From an uncultured Syntrophomonadaceae bacterium (GTDB lineage Bacteria; Bacillota; Dethiobacteria; DTU022): 64,000 bases of DNA. A program made the translations under genes and the position numbers. The notes beneath the pieces are model-generated. The model ran no database searches, had not been told where the DNA came from, and worked only from the letters and a program-made list of their open reading frames with translations. The stretch lies in NCBI GenBank assembly GCA_964492615.1, contig CAZBKZ010000002.1, positions 1,323 to 65,322 of the forward strand. The letters are read 5' to 3'. Positions 58,492-64,000 of the stretch are shown here, piece by piece; the first letter of the stretch is position 1; each line of letters starts with the position of its first letter.

Positions 58492-59661
58492 TTGAAAGAA
58501 CGACAGGTTTACATGGATCATGGTGCGACAACCCCGCTGAGGGATGAGGCCCTGGAGGCAATGCTTCCGTTTTTGCAGGAGCATTACGGTAACCCTTCCA
58601 GCCTGCACGCTCCGGGCCGTTTAGTGCGTAAAGAGGTAGAAAAAGCCCGGGAGAAAATTGCAGGGGCTTTTAATGCAGATAAAGATGAGATTTATTTCAC
58701 ATCGGGGGGGACTGAATCTAATAATATAGCCCTACGGGGAGCTGCAGCTGTAAGAGCTGTTCCCGGCCACATCATAACCTCTGCTATTGAACATCATGCT
58801 GTTTTTGATGTATGCCGTGACCTTGAAAAAGCCGGCCACCAGGTAACATACCTGCCGGTTGACAGCTATGGCAGGGTCGATCCGGAAGATCTCAGAAGAG
58901 AAATCAGGCCGGACACCTTTATAATATCTGTTATGGCGGCTAATAATGAGATTGGCACCCTTCAGCCTCTGGAAGCTATTGGGAAAATTGCAGCGGAACA
59001 TGAAATACTCTTCCACACAGATGCAGTGCAGGCAGTTGGCCAACTGCCTCTCGATCCAGGCAGGCTCAGTATCGATCTTTTATCTCTCTCTGCGCATAAG
59101 TTTAACGGACCAAAAGGTATTGGCGCACTGTATATTCGCAGGGGGGTAGTAGTATCGCCGGTATACCAGGGAGGCGGGCAGGAAAAATCAATCAGGCCCG
59201 GCACCGAGAATGTTCCAGGTATTATCGGTATGGCCAGAGCTCTGGGACTGGCTGTTTCAGAAATGGAACAGAAAAAAGAAAAGCTTTCCAGGCTCAGGGA
59301 TCGCCTGATCAATGGGCTGCTGCAGATTGATCAGGTGCGTTTAAATGGTCATCCCGTGGATCGATTACCCGGCAATGTTAATGTCAGTTTTCAGCATATT
59401 GAAGGGGAATCAATTTTGCTCAGTCTTGATCTGCAGGGTGTGGCTGCTTCAAGCGGTTCAGCCTGTTCTTCCGGAACGGCTGAGCCTTCACATGTTCTAT
59501 CGGCGCTTGGTCTGGATCATCATACCGCGCATGGTTCGATTCGCTTCAGCCTTGGCCGGGGGAATGAAGATGCAGATATTGACTACGTATTAAAGATTAT
59601 GCCGGCAATAGTCGATAAACTTCGTCGTATTTCGCCAACGTATAAACCGGAGGCGGTTTAA
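58492..59661 (+). CDS. nifS: Cysteine desulfurase (class I NifS/IscS).
   Basis: PLP-Lys SAHKFNGPKG. Active-site loop SSGSACSSG. TTG start with a GGAGG RBS. Confidence 0.9.
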   Translation: MKERQVYMDHGATTPLRDEALEAMLPFLQEHYGNPSSLHAPGRLVRKEVEKAREKIAGAFNADKDEIYFTSGGTESNNIALRGAAAVRAVPGHIITSAIEHHAVFDVCRDLEKAGHQVTYLPVDSYGRVDPEDLRREIRPDTFIISVMAANNEIGTLQPLEAIGKIAAEHEILFHTDAVQAVGQLPLDPGRLSIDLLSLSAHKFNGPKGIGALYIRRGVVVSPVYQGGGQEKSIRPGTENVPGIIGMARALGLAVSEMEQKKEKLSRLRDRLINGLLQIDQVRLNGHPVDRLPGNVNVSFQHIEGESILLSLDLQGVAASSGSACSSGTAEPSHVLSALGLDHHTAHGSIRFSLGRGNEDADIDYVLKIMPAIVDKLRRISPTYKPEAV

Positions 59662-59679
59662 TGAAAGGAGATAGAATAG

Positions 59680-60051
59680 ATGTATAACGAAAAGGTTGTG
59701 GATCATTTCAGCAATCCGCGCAATGTGGGTGAGCTGGAAAACCCAGATGCAATTGGCGAAACCGGTAGTTTTAAATGCGGTGATACGATGAAAATTTATC
59801 TGAAAGTAGAAAAGGGAATTATCAAAGATGTCCGTTTCCAGACTTACGGTTGCGGAGCGGCTATTGCAAGCAGCAGTATGCTGACCGAAATGGCTAAAGG
59901 TAAAACCCTTGATGAGGCATTAAAAATAACCAACCAGGATGTGGCTGACGAGCTTGGAGGTTTGCCTCCCCTGAAACTGCACTGCTCAAACCTGGCTGCT
60001 GATGCCCTGCGCAATGCTATCGATAATTACAAGGAAAAAAAGTTTGCATAG
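59680..60051 (+). CDS. nifU: Fe-S cluster assembly scaffold (NifU/IscU N-terminal-domain type).
   Basis: Conserved Cys in GSFKCGD, YGCGAAIAS and LHCSNLAADAL. Confidence 0.85.
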   Translation: MYNEKVVDHFSNPRNVGELENPDAIGETGSFKCGDTMKIYLKVEKGIIKDVRFQTYGCGAAIASSSMLTEMAKGKTLDEALKITNQDVADELGGLPPLKLHCSNLAADALRNAIDNYKEKKFA

Positions 60052-60159
60052 AAATTACCTGGTAGTTGGTTTTGTGTTATTGAGCTGGTCGCAGGCTTGA
60101 GTCTGCTCCTCGATTAGAATTGCCTTTTAGAATTTCTTGCAGGAAATGCTCCAATTAAC

Positions 60160-60188
60160 TTGACAACCCTCCTGGATGATGATATTTT
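60160..60188 (+). promoter_or_regulatory. hrcA-operon promoter: TTGACA-N17-TATTTT.
   Basis: Consensus -35 and a weak -10, immediately upstream of CIRCE. Confidence 0.5.
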
Positions 60189-60198
60189 TTATGTAGCT

Positions 60199-60225
60199 TT
60201 AGCACTCTATTGCATAGAGTGCTAA
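60199..60225 (+). promoter_or_regulatory. CIRCE operator (HrcA binding site): TTAGCACTC-N9-GAGTGCTAA.
   Basis: Perfect match to the CIRCE consensus. The inverted repeat extends to AGCTTTAGCACTC/GAGTGCTAAAGCT. Confidence 0.95.
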
Positions 60226-60249
60226 AGCTTGGTTACAGGGGGATTGAAT

Positions 60250-61284
60250 ATGAGCGCAACATTAAGCGAACGTAAAAAGTATATTCTCAGGGCGGTTGTG
60301 GTTAACTACATCAATACTGCCGAGCCTGTAGGGTCAAGAACTGTTGCCCGCTCGTACAAAATGGGTTTGAGCTCGGCTACAATACGAAACGAAATGGCTG
60401 ATCTGGAGGAAATGGGCTACCTGATCCAGCCTCATACTTCGGCAGGCAGAATTCCCTCTCAGAAGGGCTATCGTTATTATGTCGACAACCTGATGGACCT
60501 GGATGATCTCAGTGATGATGAAGCGTTGGCTTTAAACAGCTCATTAAGCACGGAAAAAATGCGTGAAATTGAACAGATTATCTTTAACTCGGCCAAGGTG
60601 CTCTCTTCTGCCACTAACCAGACTTCACTAATTATGGGGCCGCAGTTTAAAAAAAGCGCCTTCAGGCAGATGAGAATTCTGCCACTTGATGAAAATCGCG
60701 GACTGGTTGTCCTAATTACCGACACCGGTTTCATTAAGAACAAGGTTATTGATATGAAGCAGCAATTGAGTCAGGCTGAGTTGCAGCAGGTTGTTTCCTA
60801 TCTTAACCAGAAACTTTACGGACTGACCATAGATCAGGTTACTACATCGTTAATTAATGAACTGAAACGCGACCTTTTCCGCAGGCTGGAAATACTTGAA
60901 CAGGCATTTATTCTTTTAGAAGAAAGTTTGAAAGAGGAGAAGCAGATTCGTGTATTCCTCGGGGGCACAACCAATATTCTCAATCAACCCGAGTTTAAGG
61001 ATGTAGACAAGATTAGACGGATGCTTAACCTGTTTGAGCAGGAACCGTTACTCTTTAAAATACTTGAGGAAAGTTCAAGTGAAGATGATATAGTAATTAG
61101 GATTGGCGGAGAGAACGAATTTATAGATATCAAAGAATGCACTCTTATTACAGGTACTTACAAGATTCATGATAAAAGTATCGGTACCCTGGGTGTGCTT
61201 GGCCCGACCAGGATGGATTATGGGAGGGTAATCAGTGTGATGAGACGCTTGGTCGATCACCTGAACCAATCACTCAGTTCCTGA
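60250..61284 (+). CDS. hrcA: Heat-inducible transcription repressor HrcA.
   Basis: MSATLSERKKYILRAVV N-terminus and HrcA family. ATG 60250 has a GGGGGA RBS. Confidence 0.9.
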   Translation: MSATLSERKKYILRAVVVNYINTAEPVGSRTVARSYKMGLSSATIRNEMADLEEMGYLIQPHTSAGRIPSQKGYRYYVDNLMDLDDLSDDEALALNSSLSTEKMREIEQIIFNSAKVLSSATNQTSLIMGPQFKKSAFRQMRILPLDENRGLVVLITDTGFIKNKVIDMKQQLSQAELQQVVSYLNQKLYGLTIDQVTTSLINELKRDLFRRLEILEQAFILLEESLKEEKQIRVFLGGTTNILNQPEFKDVDKIRRMLNLFEQEPLLFKILEESSSEDDIVIRIGGENEFIDIKECTLITGTYKIHDKSIGTLGVLGPTRMDYGRVISVMRRLVDHLNQSLSS

Positions 61285-61320
61285 GCCGACTGAATAATTA
61301 AGAAGCAGGTGATAATCGCG

Positions 61321-61932
61321 ATGACTGCAGGAAAGAAAAAGGAAAGCATGGATCAAGTAACATCCGAAGATATAAAGGAGAAAAAGATTAATGATGAAGA
61401 CCTGCATGGTGAATGTAAAGAGATAGAGCAGAAAGAAGCGGTTGAGCCGGATGGCGGTGAAGAAAAAACAGAATTGCAGATGGCAGAAGAGCTCTGGCAG
61501 AAAGAAAAAGAAGAACTGTTGGACAACCTGAAGCGCAAGCAGGCTGACATTGACAACCTGCGCAGGATCAGCAGGCTTGAGCAGGCCGAAGCACGGGAAT
61601 ATGCCCTGCACCAGTTTTTATGCAAACTGTTGCCGGTTTTAGACAATATTGAAAGAGGAATTGAGTCGGCCCGTGAGGCAGATGATGTTCCACCGGCTTT
61701 TGTTGAAGGATTGGAAATGATCCAGAGACAGCTGGTCCAGATTTTTGAGCAGGAAGAGGTTAATATTATAAATTCAGTTGGTGAAAGATTTGACCCCAAT
61801 TGCCATCATGCTGTAATGCAGGTGGAAAGTGAGGAAGTAGAACCTGGAACGATTGTTGAAGAACTGCAAAAAGGTTATCGCCATCGTCAGAGGATCCTTC
61901 GTCCCGCGATGGTAAAAGTATGCAAAGAATAG
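61321..61932 (+). CDS. grpE: Nucleotide exchange factor GrpE.
   Basis: GrpE C-terminal motifs (FDPNCHHAVMQVESEE...GYRHRQRILRPAMVKV). Confidence 0.9.
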   Translation: MTAGKKKESMDQVTSEDIKEKKINDEDLHGECKEIEQKEAVEPDGGEEKTELQMAEELWQKEKEELLDNLKRKQADIDNLRRISRLEQAEAREYALHQFLCKLLPVLDNIERGIESAREADDVPPAFVEGLEMIQRQLVQIFEQEEVNIINSVGERFDPNCHHAVMQVESEEVEPGTIVEELQKGYRHRQRILRPAMVKVCKE

Positions 61933-61965
61933 TAACTATTTAACACATTAATAGGAGGAGTTAAA

Positions 61966-63828
61966 ATGGGAAAAGTTGTAGGAATCGATTTGGGCACAAC
62001 AAACTCTGTCATAGCTGCGTTAATTGGCAGCGAGCCTGAAATTATTGCCAACGCCGAGGGTAGCAGGCTGACCCCCTCTGTAGTGGCATTTACCAAGGAT
62101 AACCAGCGCCTGGTCGGCCAGGTTGCCAAGCGGCAGGCCATTACAAATCCGGATCGCACCATCGCCTCGATTAAAAGAGAAATGGGTACCAGTCATAAAG
62201 TAAAAATTGATGATAAAGAATATACACCCCAGGAAATATCAGCAATGGTTCTGCAGAAACTTAAAGCTGACGCGGAGGCTTTTCTCGGGGAAAAAATAAC
62301 CCAGGCTGTTATTACTGTGCCTGCATATTTCACTGACAGTCAGCGCCAGGCCACCAAAGATGCAGGCACGATTGCCGGGCTTGAGGTGTTAAGGATTATC
62401 AATGAACCGACAGCGGCTGCCCTGGCCTATGGTCTTGATAAAAAGGGCGATCACAAAATTCTTGTTTTCGACCTCGGCGGAGGTACTTTTGATGTTTCAG
62501 TCCTTGAACTGGGCGATGATGTCGTGGAAGTTAAAGCAACCAGCGGTAACAATCGCCTGGGCGGAGATGATTTTGACCAGCGTGTAGTAGACTACGTTGC
62601 CGAAGAATTCAAGAAAGATCAGGGTATAGATTTGCGTACAGACCGCATGGCCCTCCAACGCTTAAGCGAAGCAGCTGAAAAAGCAAAAGTAGAGTTGTCG
62701 TCGGTAACCAGCACCGATATCAACCTGCCTTTCATCACTGCATCGCAGGATGGTCCGAAACACCTTAACGTGACCCTGACCAGGGCAAAATTTGACGAAC
62801 TGACGGCAGACCTGGTTGAGAAAACAATGGAACCGACCAGGCAGGCCATGAAAGATGCAGGGTTGAGTACTGAAGAAATAGACAGGATCATTCTTGTAGG
62901 TGGTTCAACGCGTATCCCGGCTGTACAGGATGCCATTCGTAAACTGCTGGGTAAAGAGCCTCACAAGGGTGTTAACCCCGATGAGGTTGTGGCCATGGGT
63001 GCTGCATACCAGGCTGCCGTATTAAGTGGTGAAGCCAAAGATGTTTTGCTGCTTGATGTTACCCCACTTTCCCTTGGTATCGAAACCCTGGGTGGTGTAT
63101 TCACCAAAATCATCGATCGCAACACCACCATCCCTACTGAGAAAAAACAGATTTTTTCAACCGCTGCTGATAATCAGACCAGTGTTGAAATTCATATTCT
63201 GCAGGGAGAAAGGGCTATGGCTGCTGACAACAAGACGATGGGGCGGTTTATGCTTGATGGTATCCCCCCGGCTCCACGCGGCGTTCCGCAGATTGAAGTT
63301 AGTTTTAATATTGATGCTAACGGTATTGTTAATGTTTTAGCTAAGGATCTGGCTACTAATCGTGAGCAAAAAATAACGATTACTGCTTCCAGCGGCCTGG
63401 AAAAAGACCAGATTGATGAAATGGTTAATGATGCGGAAAAGCATGCTGAAGATGACCGCAAGAGAAAAGAACTGGCCGAAGCCCGCAACCAGGGTGACAC
63501 CCTGGCATACAGCGCTGAAAAAGCCCTCAAGGATTTAGGTGATAAGGTGGATGAGGCCAAGGCTGAAGAAGTTAAGAAGGCAATTGAAGAATTGCGTGAG
63601 GCAGCCAAGGGAGAAGACCTTGAGCAGATCAAGGCTGCTACAGAAAAAATGAATAGTTTTATGCACGAGCTGTCATCCAAGCTTTACGAACAAGCTAAAA
63701 GTGAGCAGGCTGGAGCAGAAGAAGCCGGGAGTGATAATACTGCCGGTGGTAGCGACGATGAAGCTGAAAATGTTGTAGATGCAGATTATGACGTCCAGGA
63801 TGAAGAAGAAGAGCAAAAAGAAGAATAG
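61966..63828 (+). CDS. dnaK: Molecular chaperone DnaK (Hsp70).
   Basis: [17 protein letters not shown], and an acidic C-terminus. Confidence 0.95.
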   Translation: MGKVVGIDLGTTNSVIAALIGSEPEIIANAEGSRLTPSVVAFTKDNQRLVGQVAKRQAITNPDRTIASIKREMGTSHKVKIDDKEYTPQEISAMVLQKLKADAEAFLGEKITQAVITVPAYFTDSQRQATKDAGTIAGLEVLRIINEPTAAALAYGLDKKGDHKILVFDLGGGTFDVSVLELGDDVVEVKATSGNNRLGGDDFDQRVVDYVAEEFKKDQGIDLRTDRMALQRLSEAAEKAKVELSSVTSTDINLPFITASQDGPKHLNVTLTRAKFDELTADLVEKTMEPTRQAMKDAGLSTEEIDRIILVGGSTRIPAVQDAIRKLLGKEPHKGVNPDEVVAMGAAYQAAVLSGEAKDVLLLDVTPLSLGIETLGGVFTKIIDRNTTIPTEKKQIFSTAADNQTSVEIHILQGERAMAADNKTMGRFMLDGIPPAPRGVPQIEVSFNIDANGIVNVLAKDLATNREQKITITASSGLEKDQIDEMVNDAEKHAEDDRKRKELAEARNQGDTLAYSAEKALKDLGDKVDEAKAEEVKKAIEELREAAKGEDLEQIKAATEKMNSFMHELSSKLYEQAKSEQAGAEEAGSDNTAGGSDDEAENVVDADYDVQDEEEEQKEE

Positions 63829-63834
63829 TTTATT

Positions 63835-63852
63835 CCGGCGGTTTAGCGCCGG
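63835..63852 (+). promoter_or_regulatory. Hairpin CCGGCG-GTTTAG-CGCCGG between dnaK and dnaJ. It may be a partial terminator or mRNA-processing structure.
   Basis: 6-bp GC-rich stem with no U-tract. Confidence 0.35.
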
Positions 63853-63911
63853 GATAAATTATCACTTTATACCTGGAGACTATATTGTTTCACAAGGAAT
63901 GATTAAGTTAT

Positions 63912-64000
63912 ATGAACAAAAGAGACTACTATGAAATATTAGGTCTAAGCCGTGATGCATCGGCTGAAGAAATTAAAAAGGCTTATCGAAACCTGGCAAA
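63912..64000 (+). CDS. dnaJ: Chaperone DnaJ, N-terminal J-domain fragment. The gene continues past the window.
   Basis: [29 protein letters not shown]. Confidence 0.9.
   Translation, partial: MNKRDYYEILGLSRDASAEEIKKAYRNLA

Noticed and set aside
1-64000. Search for CRISPR arrays, tRNA/rRNA genes, integrases, transposases or phage genes.
   Set aside because: No direct-repeat arrays, cloverleaf-like tRNA signatures or recombinase motifs were seen. The region appears to be core metabolic chromosome, not a mobile island.

Overview
The window reads as a 64 kb chromosomal segment of an anaerobic Firmicute, probably Clostridia or Peptococcaceae-like. Evidence for that guess: about 45% GC, a CIRCE-hrcA-grpE-dnaK-dnaJ heat-shock locus, an iscR-nifS-nifU block, and a Tat-exported selenocysteine formate dehydrogenase. 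I found no rRNA or tRNA genes, CRISPR arrays or mobile elements.

In gene order the window contains:
- the 3' end of an aldehyde dehydrogenase gene;
- a molybdate ABC transporter (modABC) with a divergent ModE-N-terminal-like HTH regulator;
- a D. gigas MOP-type aldehyde oxidoreductase with a very long leader, followed by a frameshifted GltD/HdrD-like Fe-S flavoprotein, a Zn-ribbon mini-protein, a C_GCAxxG_C_C protein and a PaaK-like adenylating enzyme;
- a formate dehydrogenase operon: selenocysteine fdhA (in-frame UGA plus SECIS hairpin), fdhE, a group-II cysteine desulfurase or selenocysteine-lyase-like gene, then RnfC-like and RnfD-like genes in place of the usual cytochrome b, then Fe-S fdhB;
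- two moeA paralogs flanking a second ModE-like regulator and an unannotated Cys-rich mini-ORF;
- a two-component pair, threonine aldolase, a class-III aminotransferase, a GGDEF membrane protein and an M20 amidohydrolase;
- a compact six-gene operon (GlmU-C-terminal-like acetyltransferase, Pol-beta NTase, NagB, a 1354-aa truncated PPDK-like protein with an unknown ~830-aa N-terminal region, a divergent GAPDH-like protein, a DUF362-ferredoxin);
- two lipoproteins, serA, a glutaredoxin-like gene with a rubredoxin-FTR-like partner, and a proline-racemase-family protein;
- an ECF sigma / anti-sigma / bactofilin-like triad;
- thrC beside an ApgM-like proposed homoserine kinase, aconitase, a soluble MCP-signalling-domain/PBPb fusion, acpS, and cspA.

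The strongest candidates for a previously undescribed system are the FDH-RnfCD arrangement and the PPDK-like/GAPDH-like/DUF362 operon. All functional calls rest on motif and domain recognition by eye; no database search was run.
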